This document shows, piece by piece, positions 14,103-26,500 of a stretch of 64,000 bases of DNA. Source of the DNA: Styela clava. Lineage: Eukaryota. Position numbers and translations under genes: made by a program. How positions within the stretch are numbered: the stretch's first letter is position 1; the number at the start of each line of letters is the position of its first letter. The stretch is from NCBI RefSeq assembly GCF_964204865.1, contig NC_135250.1, positions 22,258,001-22,322,000 on the forward strand, given 5' to 3'. Under the pieces are notes generated by a model that did not search any database, was not told the DNA's origin, and worked only from the letters and a program-made list of their open reading frames with translations.

Positions 14103-14244
14103 GTTTAATCTTATTGGACACGAAATATCTCCGTCGTTGATTTTTCGCATCTAATGACCCAATCAATTTTCAAAGTACTGTACTCAAAATTCACCAAAAA
14201 GATATTACTTTTATTTTTCCCAAATATTATTTTTTTAATTTAAT

Positions 14245-15559
14245 ATTTATGAATCCAAACACCAACAATAATCATTTTGTTTATTCAGTTAGATACAAAT
14301 CTTTCAATCATTTATTTACTTGCTAATCTTATTCAAGGTCTCTCAAACATATATAATGAATAAGCGAGCATATACACCGGCGAATATTTTGGCACTGAGT
14401 CATAAATAGTATATAATATTATTAGTGAAAGATATGACGGAGGTATTTCAAATTGGCTGTCCCATTTCGTTTATTTGTTAACCGAGCCGTAAGGATGATA
14501 CTGGACGTTCAATTTGCCTCCTGTTTGAGTGTGTCTATCGTCAGTTCTAGGGGACACATATGTATATAATTGTATTTTATCAAAGATAGCTAGATGGAGA
14601 TATTTTTGATAATGAAATAAAATCTGGCAACAGCTCGTGGAATAAATTGTGCAATTTTACATTCAATAATTTATTCCTGCAATTGAATTTGATTGATGTC
14701 CACTGTAACCGTCTAAATATCCATATTTGTACGTTTGAATTTTATTTTATGAAAACTGATGTTCTAAATCTCCGCATGTCACATGTTAGTTGCATAATGC
14801 CATAACAGACTCATTATTTAACAAAAATACGCAAAATATTTTCCCAGTTGTGTATAAATTATACGGGCTAGTTCGCGTGGTTGTTTCATATTGTCATATA
14901 AGTTAGGGATATACATTGGCCGTGGTTGGTCACGATTCTTGAATATAAAATTTTGGAATCATGCGATGTTTTATTTGACCATTATTTACGATGTTTTTTA
15001 CCCAGGGCTTTGTAAACTGCCAAACCAAAAAACCTTCTGTCTGTTTGTCCAAGGCCATGTTCAAAGCGAATGTGTGAGCAAAACCCACAAATATTCAGAA
15101 AGCCATTAGCAAGCAATTTCGTAATTATTAACGGTTACAATCCTTTTGTGAACATCGAACACGCGCTGAGGTCGTCGAAGCCACAGTAATGTACACAACA
15201 GGTGCTGCTTGAAAAGATCAATACTATGTTCAGAAACCTTACGAAATATCTCAATATTACGTCAAGTTCAATAGAGGGTGTCATGTGATGTAAAATACTT
15301 ACGAATTAACGTACACGTAATATACAGTGAAATTTCCTTGTAACTCGATTAAGCGTCACGTAAAGTTTAAATCTGAAAATCGTATTTAAGTCCAGTTTCA
15401 AGTCATTTTTCCGGTGGGTTGTTTACACAAATCACATTTATTTTTCATCGTAAAGTTACTGCAATATTTCATATAATGCCAAGTTATGTTATTTCGGGCG
15501 TAATTTGGGTTTTACTTCCACATACTCCGTAACAGAGACTGTTAAGTAAATATTTCGAC
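14245..15559. repeat. right arm of the long inverted duplication
   Basis: Reverse-complement similarity to 11582-12715 at several anchor points checked by eye, with indels. Confidence 0.9.
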
Positions 15560-16266
15560 AATTCTACATTGCAAATCGTAGAATTCCTTGTGTCTGCGGC
15601 ACACCTGTAGTGTTCTAGGACTACCGACCTGAAATAAAGTTTACTCCGTGGGATTTTATCGCAGACTTAGGAATTTTTCTAATGGTGATAAATAATCGAG
15701 TGGCAATATTCCGATGAAGCGGAGTAAGAATTGCAGGGACTGGTGATATTGGTCTCATTTGCAAGAATAAGGATCAAAACAGAATGTAATCGGGCAGGGA
15801 TTGCCGTGGTATTTTGAAGTTGTGGTGCTTTTAGTTTATCGAGGCAATCGCAGATTTAATTTATCACAAATAAATAAATAAATAAACCATTTTATTGAAT
15901 AGGCATATTAGTCATGGATTGAATGTTATATATATATCATTCAAAATTAAATATAATCGGGTAGTTGATCTCACATTATTATGTCCGCGGATTAGCGTGG
16001 TATTTTAGATTGGTAATGAGTTCATTTTGTCGTGAGTCGCCGCAACTGCGAGTTCCCCTGCCTTGAACACAAATGAATTGAAAATAGAGAAACATTTTGA
16101 ATTATTGAGTTGAATATTACCAGACAGAAAAATTTATTACGCTGTGGAAAAGCCGGCATTTTTAACGAACGTGAAGACCGTTCCAGAAGCCGTTTAATAG
16201 AAATTTCCGATTCCATATTGTGACCTCTCGCGCCCCCACCCCCTCTCCCCAGTTTAAGAACCACTG

Positions 16267-17028
16267 TTCTAACTTATCAAACCTCGTTCTCATCACTTGA
16301 CGCATCTGCATAACTTCGTTCATGATAGAATCTCTTTCCTCATTCAAACCGCAACTAGACGTCCCTGTTTGTGACGCACATCGCAATCCCACCATTCGGC
16401 TCACTGTCTCCCGTTTCCATAGATAGTTACTTTCTAGCGGTTTCATGCAAATCTATGCGCCTTCTGTCGCTGTGGCCTTTTTGTATTATGCGAACGGATA
16501 CCCTATTAGAAAATTCCCTCAATAAAGTATGGTACAAATCTCGTTTTTAATATCACGATCTGACGGATTGGGGTAAGCCATATCGCCGAGTTCTGTTAAA
16601 TTAAAAATATACTTGTGCCACATTCATGCTCCCTCTGGATTATATTGAAGAGTTCCTCCGCATCCACACCGAAATCGAATCCCTCATAAATTTGTTAACA
16701 TCATCTCCCTGGTTATTAATCGTGGCGTGCTCCCCAATTTTGTCGCAACTTTTTTTTCTATATTTCAAAATTATTCACTAGGCTAAAATCAAAAGCTCCG
16801 AGGTTCGACTGCGGCTTTAATCTTCAACAAATACAGAAATATAACTTAAAATGAATATAAATAACTCGAACAGAACCTTCCCACACGAAACACGACTCTG
16901 CTTGTCACAACCAAACAGACGACGCCTTCCTGCCTTCAGGTTCGTCGGCATTCATCATCAAACAGAGCAATTCGAATCACAAATACAACAAGAAAAAGAT
17001 AAACAGCATACGGAAAAATCTTATCACA
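16267..17028 (-). mobile_element. truncated Gypsy copy (5' LTR 17028-16741, PBS, decayed gag) cut off by a hAT end at 16266
   Basis: Reverse-complement similarity to 18284-19270; shared peptide SSCGLNEERDSIM.E.MQMR; LTR runs TGTGATA..GCGACA. CAGTGGTTCTTAAACTGGGG starts at 16266 on the minus strand. Confidence 0.8.
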
Positions 17029-17583
17029 ATACCACTGATCTCTAGCGCTGCAAGACGCCAGCGTTATATTTAGGTTCAGTCATTATTCATTCCACAACAT
17101 CTATATTGTACATCTCTTCCTCGTTACTACTTTCATATTCGCAACTACTCATCCTTTGTCAGTATTCAAATATTTAACTGCACCTGATTATATAATTACG
17201 TCCAAAGTTGGTTTATATAACAGTGCGCGCTCTTATCTTAAGCCCAAATCGACATTGGAATTTTACAAGCATGGTTGTCTGCAATCAAACTTACTACCAA
17301 TGTGACTGAACCAAATATATTATATCCAATTTTCCAAAAATGAAATTAAACATGCCAAGCGATTCGACTCGTCGGCGAAATGGCTAAGGGGTTGCCGTTT
17401 TAATTTTTCGTTGTCATATTAGAGTTTCCCAATGTGTATGCTGTTTATTGCATTTGTTCAACAAATGGGGCTGACGAACATGACATGTGCATGCAAATTG
17501 GAATGCTAAATGGGGAAGCCGAGCCCCGAGTTCTCTGAACAAATCGACCGACAAACGTGGCAGAATGAAATACTGGATACCGG

Positions 17584-17860
17584 TACTACTTCGTGCCCAT
17601 ATATTTGAGCATCGATCTCTTGTTTTATTTTACAAATGAGATGCAAGCTACTCCGGTAAATTAAAAATATTTTTGGTTAAAGTCTAACTTTTGTGACAAA
17701 CTTCGATTTCAATATCATACTGAAATTGTCTGCCGCAGTAGTAAGATATAGTTTTATAATTATAGAGAAAAGCCACGCCGTTTTACTTTGTGATCGAGGA
17801 TTTCTATTTTACACGTAATGCATAAACAGTAAGACAATTAGTCTTGAATGTTTATTCTTA
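17584..17860 (+). repeat. second copy of the 13590-13899 repeat, without the MITE
   Basis: Direct alignment by eye with 13590-13899. Confidence 0.85.
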
Positions 17861-18283
17861 GGAGGGCAGAGTCTAATCCCGAAGGCAATTTACACAGTAT
17901 GAAACTCGTCACAAATATATACATCGCGTCAGAATAAATCAATTGCAGATTGTTAAAAGTAGGGATCTTACAGAGAATCAAAACCAGCACAACTCTTCTG
18001 TCAATAATCTTAAAAGTGGTTTATTACGGACCGTTTTTGGTGAATTTGATTCTATATATTTAATTTGATTACTATTTACGTAAAATCGACTTAGTTTTCT
18101 GCACACGAATTTTTAAAATCCGCTGCAACGAAAATCGACCGCAGTTCGGAAACGGCCTTTGATGAGACAGGTTTTGTTTACTGTGTTCAATAAATCAGAA
18201 GATGCAAGATTCCGGATTAGTCATCTATTAAATACGGCAACTCCACACTTGAAGAAGCAAAAGCATCTGGCATAACTGAAAAG

Positions 18284-21200
18284 TGTGATATGATATTTCC
18301 TTGTGTTGTTTGCCCTTTTGTTTGTTTTTGTGATTTGAATTGCTTCGTTTGATGATGATTGCTGCCGAACGTGAAGGCAGGAAGGCATCGTCTGTTGCGT
18401 TTTGTCTATGACAAGCAGAGTCGTTTTTGTGTTGCGTATGGGAAGATTCTTTTCTAGTTATAATTGTTTACTTTGAGTTGTATTTTTGATATTTAATGAG
18501 AATTAAAGCCGCAGTCGAACCTCGAAACTCCTGATTTTAGCGTAGTGGGTGTTTTTGAAAGATAGGGAAAAAAGCTGCGACAAAATTGGCGAGCACGACA
18601 AAATCAATAATTCGCGCGAATTATAAGTAACTAAACGAATATGAACATTTTAATGGCACCTTCGCGATTCTCTAATGAACATGACGAATTTATGAGGGGA
18701 TTCGATTCTTATTGCGCCAGTTTAGATGTGCCACCAGAGTTGAGAAAGCTGAAGTTGATACTTGTTTATATAGTCAAACAAAATGGGATATCAACTATGG
18801 TCACGGAAATGTTTACGACTTAGAAGCTGACGAAATAATCGAGCGAATACGGCCAAGCGTATCTGGGCCATCGCTTTTGCCTAAGTTGAGGCAGGAACTC
18901 TTCAATATAATTAAGAGGAGCATGAAAGTAGCCAAAAGTATGTTCTAAATTTAACCGAACTCGGCGATATGACTTACCCCGATCCATCAGATCGTGATAT
19001 CAAAAACTGGATTTTGTACCATACTTTAATGAGGAGATTTTCTAATAGGACATCAGTTCGCATAATACAAAAAGACAACAGCAAAAGAAGGCGGATAGAT
19101 TTTCATGAAGCCGCTAGGAAGTTATTATCTATGGAAACAGCAAATGTTGAGCCGAATGGTGAGATTGCGATCGTTAATGCGTTAAAAACAGGGAAGTCTA
19201 GTTGCGGTTTGAATGAGGAAAGAGATTCTATCATGAAAGAAATTATGCAGATGCGTTCGGAGGTTCGTTAAGATTCGAGTAAGAGATCTCGAGAGCGCCA
19301 CGAGGACCCAACAATTTAATATTCAACGGCCGATCAATCGAACGAGATGTTTTTATGTAATAAGATTGGACATTTTTAAAGAGACTGCCAGTGTTTCCAT
19401 GAAATTAGAGGCGTAACCGCGAATATAATTCAGATCGCGATGGCAACAATTTTCCACGGCGCAAAACCGCAGATTTCGATGTGTAGGGGGAGGAAGAGGG
19501 GCGGGTCGCCGTTAGAAGTGTCCCCGCCTCAAAAAGCCTCGTCAAATGTGCCAAATAGTATACGTCTGTGTCCTGGTTGATACTGGAGCTAGTGTAGCCT
19601 ACTTTAAAATTCGGTGCCATTTATGGGAAAGAATCGAACACGAGCTCGAGCCGTGAACGACCTGTACCGCCGACTTGATCATTTACAGGCGCCAATTGCG
19701 GTTAAAATCTTTATTTGCGGTCTGACTATTTGTGAATGCCGATGTACAAGACATCGCTAGAGACGACTGCGGTTTGCTGCCATCTTGGGCTGTATAAATG
19801 TACTGTTATGCCTTTCGGTTTATCTAATGCAACTGCTTCGTTTTCAAAACTAATGCACAGTGTTGCATGGTGTGCCTATAGAATGGCATGGGCTTTGGCG
19901 TATATTGCCATAATTGTATATTCTAGTACTTTTGACTAGTATTTGCAGAGGCTGGATAAAGTGCTGCATAGGCTAGTCGATGCAAACTTGCAGCTGAAAC
20001 CGACCACGTGTTTTCTTTTAAAAAAGAAGTGAGTTTTCTCGGACATGGTATGAAGCCCGATCCTGATAGAGTAAAACTTGTCGAATCTAGGCCAGTTCCA
20101 AGAAATGTCTAAGAGGACACGGAAAAATAGTGAGAGCGTTGTGGTATATGGTGATCGAGCCTAACTGAGCCCAGAAAAAATATTCCACGACGCGCAAAGA
20201 ACGTCTAGTCGTTGTTCATGCTACTAAGAAGCTGCTTCTGATGGGCCGTTCGTGTCAGATACGTACAGATAATCATGCCCCACTCCGATGATTATGCTCC
20301 CAGCAAGAGACGTATGACCAGTGTGTAAGATGGTATGAACATTTAGCAACCTATTATTTTACTTTTCTTCGTCGTCCAGGTGTGAAGCATGGAAATACAA
20401 ACGCAATCAATCGAAGGCCAGTTCGAGGACATCTTCCGAAATAAGACGCTCATTTGAACTTTTCGTGGAAGATAGAAGGTGACATACGCGCGTGTACGGT
20501 GAACTCCATAGATTTCCGTCGAGAGTTGGGGTAGGCAGATGACAGTCTGAGTGCAACGCAGAAAACTGATCCGAATTTGACAGATGTATTTTATTAGACT
20601 GCTGCAGATAAACGACCTTCTTTTAAAAGAGTTAAGCATACGATTCCAGCTTTAAGACATTTGTGGGATCAGTTTGATAAAATAGTTGTTAAAAATGGCG
20701 TAATGTATAGAAAAGTGAATGATTCTGAAGATTTGGCTTCATTTAATTTACAATTACTTGTGATATAGTCGCTGAAAGTTTATATTGGTGGAAATGGCAA
20801 ACAGATGTTAAGAATTGTTGCGAGACCTTCTCGATTGGGGATTTAGAAAAAGTTCGTCTACAAATCCAAGAGCTTCTTTAATTCCATCTAACGAGTCGTG
20901 CTGCAAAGAATTGCGATTGACGTAGTCTGTGCTTGTGGCGTAGACGAGCACCGACAACCGTTATTTATTAGTAGTGACTGACACATTTTCAAAATACTTA
21001 CAGGCTTGGCCAAAGGAAAGTAAGACTGCAGAAGAAACGTCGAAACTTCAATACAAGAGTTCATGGCGCTTCAGAAGTGGTACATTCGGACCAAGAAGAA
21101 AATTTCGAAAGCGGAATCTTTGCCGACTTAAGTTGAATGATGGGATTTAAGAAAACTCGCTCTACCGCCTATCATCTGATGGGAAATGGCGGCGTTGGAA

Positions 21201-21890
21201 GATCGCACAAGAATGTTGCAAAACTACGTTTACAACAACCCCGCAACTTGGGATATTGAGCTTCCGGGTGTTGTAGCATCGTACAATGCCAGATTCACGA
21301 CGATCGAGTTTCGAGGGCTTATATGTAGGGCTGGGCATTTTCGAATACCTGATGATTTCAGAACCGAATCGAATATTTTTTTCGAGTCGAATCTCGAAAA
21401 CTTCGGAGTAAATGAGAAAATGTAATTATACGCGCCTTTTTTATTGTAATTGGTAGTGTCAACAAATGAATTACTGAAAACGTAAGATACATCACTCAGA
21501 CGGATTGCTGAGCGTTCACACACAATAAAAAACGACCAAAGATGGCGACGATTCGAAATTTTGCTCTGAACCGATTCGAATAGTTTATAATTCGATTCGA
21601 AATGCCCAACCCTACTTAGATGTTGATCTGCCTCGCGGAATTGCCATAGGGATTGAAAGGAAGACAGATACGACAGGAGCGCTTTAACGAGCCAATATCA
21701 AGTTGGAGACCTAGTTGAGGGTCTTGTCTCCGGCTGTCGCACCTGGAGGAAACAGAAAGCTCGAAATGCCATACATAGTCCAGCGCATATTATCCCCAGT
21801 GACGTGAGCAGAGACTAGCGTGTGTGGTGGTAAAACTATGAACCCGTCGCAAGTTTTGCGCACTTTTTAAATTACGATTCATCGGAATTG
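18284..21890 (+). mobile_element. decayed Ty3/Gypsy LTR retrotransposon (5' LTR 18284-18582, PBS 18587-18600, gag-PR-RT-RH-IN with many stops and frameshifts; no 3' LTR found)
   Basis: Zinc-knuckle remnant CNKIGHF*RDC (~19356-19388); protease LVDTGAS (~19573); RT GLYKCTVMPFGLSNATASF and LVDANLQLKP; RNase H region RRPGVKHGN; integrase YLLVVTDTFSKY, VHSDQ..NFES, TRSTAYH, WDIELP. Domain order is Gypsy type. LTR has TG..CA ends. Confidence 0.88.
21326..21614. mobile_element. hAT MITE (TAGGG termini) inserted in the Gypsy integrase region
   Basis: TIR TAGGGCTGGGCATTTTCGAAT / ATTCGAAATGCCCAACCCTA; 8-bp TSD cttatatg/cttagatg. Confidence 0.8.
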
Positions 21891-23572
21891 GAAAAAACTA
21901 TTCGCATACAACGCTAAATGAAAACGTTAAGGATAACCCTACCAGGGGCAAACGTTTTCTTCACTAAATCTTTTGGGATTTTACAAGCTAGAAACGTGAT
22001 TGCGTAGGTATAAATGCATTTACGGAGCCCGAACCACTGTAAAAAGAAAACTTTTATTTTTGTTCTCGAAAAAACAACAACATTTAAAGTCGACGTTTTG
22101 ACACGCTGCACGATCTCACAGCTGAATAATGTCATCCTATTACTTATAAAATATTTCAATATCGTAGTTCGACTTCAAAAACGTACTTCGTGATCACTCA
22201 TCCTCGAACACTGGCCTACCGTGTTTTTATTTTATTTCTTAAGTAATTACAGCAACGAACACAAATAATTCAGCCAAGCGTTGGTCGTTGCTTTACGGGG
22301 GCAAAGACATGCTCTGCCACATTTTGCAGGAAAAAAAATTGGTCAGGGCAAGCCAAAACAGGCAGATAAAAATAGAAGGCATACCTACTATATAAAGTCA
22401 GATTTTCATATTGCTCATAATAAATGCTAGGGAAAATTTAGTTTACAAACAGAATTATGAAACCTCATTTCATAGCCTCAAAGGCAATATTACGTTCGGT
22501 TAATTTAAAGTAGTATCATTTGTTTTTGAGGTTAAAGGGATAGAGTATTTCAATGGTATACAAACTCGTTTATTTGGCTGTATTTTGCAAGATGGTTTCG
22601 TCACAAAGTGGTTCACGTAATCGTCGTAATGGCTCATCGGTTGCGCATTCTTGCGCCAACCACGTTTGCGGACGCATTGTCTACAGCTTGAGGCGTGTAT
22701 GGGCAAGTCATCGATATTTGTGGCGTTTCGAATGGTTTCGAATTTTTCTTTAATCTATTTGATACCCAAAGATCAAATAATACAGCCATTTTAAAATCTT
22801 ATGACTTTGGTGTAGGTACAAATTTGGCGATAAATGTACCCGACAGAAGTGAAAGTCAAAAAGCAAGAGTTTTTACTTACGTTTGGGAATTATTATTCCA
22901 GAAGCGCGTGTATCTCACAGAACCAACGTTTTGGCGTAGTTCCACGGCGTTGCGAGGGGTATTTCAATAAAAAATACTGAAAAAAAATGATTTAAAACAA
23001 GTACTTGTTTTAAAACAAGACGTTTTTTCAGAATTAATAAAAACCAAAACCCTACGCTGTCTTCATTGTATTTACTTTTTCTTTAGCACAGAGCATATTT
23101 ATATAAGACACGGTTATCAGTCGCAAGGAGTGTTATTGCAATCAGATCAAAATATTCACTGCAAGAGAAGATTACTCCAATAAGTTTACAATAAAGTATG
23201 AGTACAGGTATGAGCTAGTTGAATTTTCTTTTTTTGTTTGAGCGTTTTTGGTATGACTGTTCTGCATAAGAATCTTGTGCAAATTAGCAGAACAGTATTC
23301 TTTACCCGTTTTCATGATACCATTATCGGGTTCAGATTCAGATAATTTATTTGTAACTTTGGATTGCTGCGTCATCCGCTATACAACACCTTGGTGTGAT
23401 ACCATATTCAGAAGCAGCTGAGACCAGTGCTCAATAGATAATCACGTTTGATATTATCAAGGCCACGTAATGAGAAACTTGATAGGCGACTTGCGCCTGA
23501 AGCTTCGAGTATACTTTCTGAAAAGCATATAGCTAGTAAAGTTATTATAGCTGTCGAGTCTGAAATTGCTAC

Positions 23573-26500
23573 ATGGATTCTGGCAAGTGGTTACCAACTG
23601 AAAACGAACGACCAGGCGGTACCGTTACCGGTAGTCTACATCGAGTCTACTTATTTGTTTATATCCTATTAAATGAAACCTGTCTATTGCATTCTGTACT
23701 CCAAAAAAAGGTAATTTACTACAGAACAAATACGATTTCGTTCTAACATGAAAACAATTCTTTGCAGGCGACAGCAGCAAATCATGTACTACAGTTGAAA
23801 GTATTCCCATTCGGCGGCCATGGGGTCAACTATGGCTGCACGCAGCCATCATGAGCGGGCGGGACTTTCTTTATGCCGTAGAAGTAGTGCTAGTCACCCC
23901 AGTGCTGTTACAACTTGGTAAGCCATTTATATTCACGGGAACAACATTTTGAGCATGATGAAACAGAAAATTGTTGATAATTTCTGACTAAATTCTATTC
24001 TTTAAATTTCCAGGTGTTCCGGAGCACTTATACAGCTATATTTGGCTTTGTAGTCCCACAGCAGGTCTTCTTCTTGGACCCGTTTTCGGAAGTTTAAGCG
24101 ATAGATGTAAATCGAGATGGGGCAGACGGAGGCCTTTTGTTGTCTTTTTTGTTATAATAACCATTGTGGCACTGACGTTACTGATATTCAGCAAAGACTT
24201 AGGTAGACACATTATTTTCGTAATGTTTTGATAGATTTCGGTACGGTTATGACAGTGGAGGGATACTTCAGTGATAGGCTACAAGACCCTTCACATTCAC
24301 AGTATGTGTGCGCGTAGAAATATTTCAATTCGGTCAAATATCAATTATATTTTCAACCCATCTTTTCGTGACTAAAACAATTTCTATGCGTAAACAAATA
24401 CAGACTTTCAAATCGATATTTTATTTTTTGCCAGGCTAATTGTTATGCTTATGCTTATCAATTTTTTGATTTCATGTATTGTCGTGTGCGGTGACTTGCT
24501 GTTTCGTGTGTGTGAGGAAATTGTTATAACCCAGGCGTGTGCCAACCAAGGTTTTTGGACCGCGGGCCAAAAATTTCGCCTATCTAGACTGGCGGGCCAT
24601 GGAAATGTGACGCAAAAAGTTACATTTTATGATCAATACTTAGAGTGTTGCAAAAGCAAAAATGGTAAACAATAGGCCTCATGCCAAAACTAAAATTAAT
24701 CGCAATCTCAACAAATTTCTTGAGCTATTTGAGCATCGGGCGGGCAAAATTTAATTATCCAACGGGCCGGATTTGGCCCGCGGGCCGTAATTTGCACATC
24801 CTTGTTATAACCTGATAACAGTACGTCACGGGAATCAAAAATTCACCTTTTGTGATTATAAGAAACTCTTCCCAGTAAACCATTGGTATAACAAGAGAGC
24901 TATGCTCAAATATGTGGACACGTAGAGTCACATAATTTTGATGACGTCATAGCGAAAAAAAAAGTAATAGCCTTCTTCAACCACTGAAAATTTCAAAGCA
25001 ATTGGTCCAGTATTCGAAGAGAAAAGCGACTTTTAAAAACGTGTCAAAGAACAACAACAACAACATAATATTGAAACGATCGTTATGTCCACTACGTGTC
25101 CAATAATGTTTCTCAAATGTTGTGTGCTCATAAATATTATTATTATTATACCATCATGTTCACTTAAATATATCTTCTCTGACAACTCGTTGCGAGAGCT
25201 CTGGTCAATACTCAAAGAAACTACACAGCAATTTCAAGTTTGTGTTTCGTCATTACTTACCTTTTATTTTTACCCGAAACGGCCTATAACATGGAACATG
25301 TTCAAATACTTCCAAGAAAACTTTTTTGGGTTCCTCCACCAATAATATAAACACGTTCAATTATTTTTGCAGCATTGTTGTTTACCGATTCCGTAAGGGA
25401 ACTGCGAATAATAGGAATAGTATTCGGGGTAATTGGTTCACAAGTGATGGACTTTTGCGTTGATCAGCTTGAGGGAATTCTTCACGCATACACACTTGAT
25501 GTTTGTAGTGATCTTGACCAACAACGAGCTTTTACAATTCAAATTTTTTTTATGGGTGAGATTAGTTCCTATCTTGAATACGGATGAATATCTAAATTTG
25601 TATTTGAATATCGTTATTTGTGGAACATGCCATTGAGATGAAACCGGCAACTGGGGCACGGGTGTGATATCAGAGGAAATTTCCCATCGAATCCGATTCC
25701 AGGTTTCGACTTCAACTCCAAACTCACAAAAATCAATCTTTCTTGAACGCTCTGTAAATTCATTGCTTTATTTAGTTACTTGGGAAAATTCTGACCTCCT
25801 TTACGTTTTATCACATCATCAATAATCTGGAATCCTGACTTCGATTCCGGTAAATTCGGAATCTCGACTCCGGGAGTTTGGAAATAAGACTCGCACTACA
25901 GTTAAGACATGCCAAACTTCGACTCCACCGACCTAAAGTGGGAGTCGATTTCTTAATAATGCAATGTTCCCACAATATTGGTAAAGTGGTACGAAAGACT
26001 TTTATTCAGGTCTTTTATTTCCAAGGGCATGATGTAACACTCGCCCATACAATCATTTATTACTCGTATATTTCCAGGACTTGGGGGATCACTCGGATTC
26101 ATAGTTGATGGCATCAAGTGGAGAGACGTATTCCAATATTTTACTGTTGAATTCCAAACCAAGGTGGTGTACATATTTGCAGTCACAATTTATCTTGGTT
26201 CTGCGGCTATGACCTTATTCAGCATAAAAGAGCGGAGTTTGACGAGATGTGACACTGAAAAGACTTCACTAGTTGCAGAAATGAAAAATGAACGCGATAA
26301 CAATGTACCACTTCACAAGTTGGGAGAAAAGCCAAAGAGCGGTAGATATGTTTGATAACTCATAACCTCTATATTGGTGCGTGATATTCACGATTCCTAT
26401 TAGACGAGCACAGCCCTTGTATGATATATATAGTTGCTGGTATAGGAATCTATATTATGAAAAAAGCATTTGACGAAAATGGTCTTATGAACTGCCGAAT

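Noticed and set aside
17360-17400. tRNA A-box-like sequence (also B-box-like at ~4652 and ~47828)
   Set aside because: No complete cloverleaf; at most SINE remnants.
23673-23710. Alternative SLC45 first exon (MKPVYCILYSKK)
   Set aside because: It exits in phase 2 while the next exon needs phase 1.
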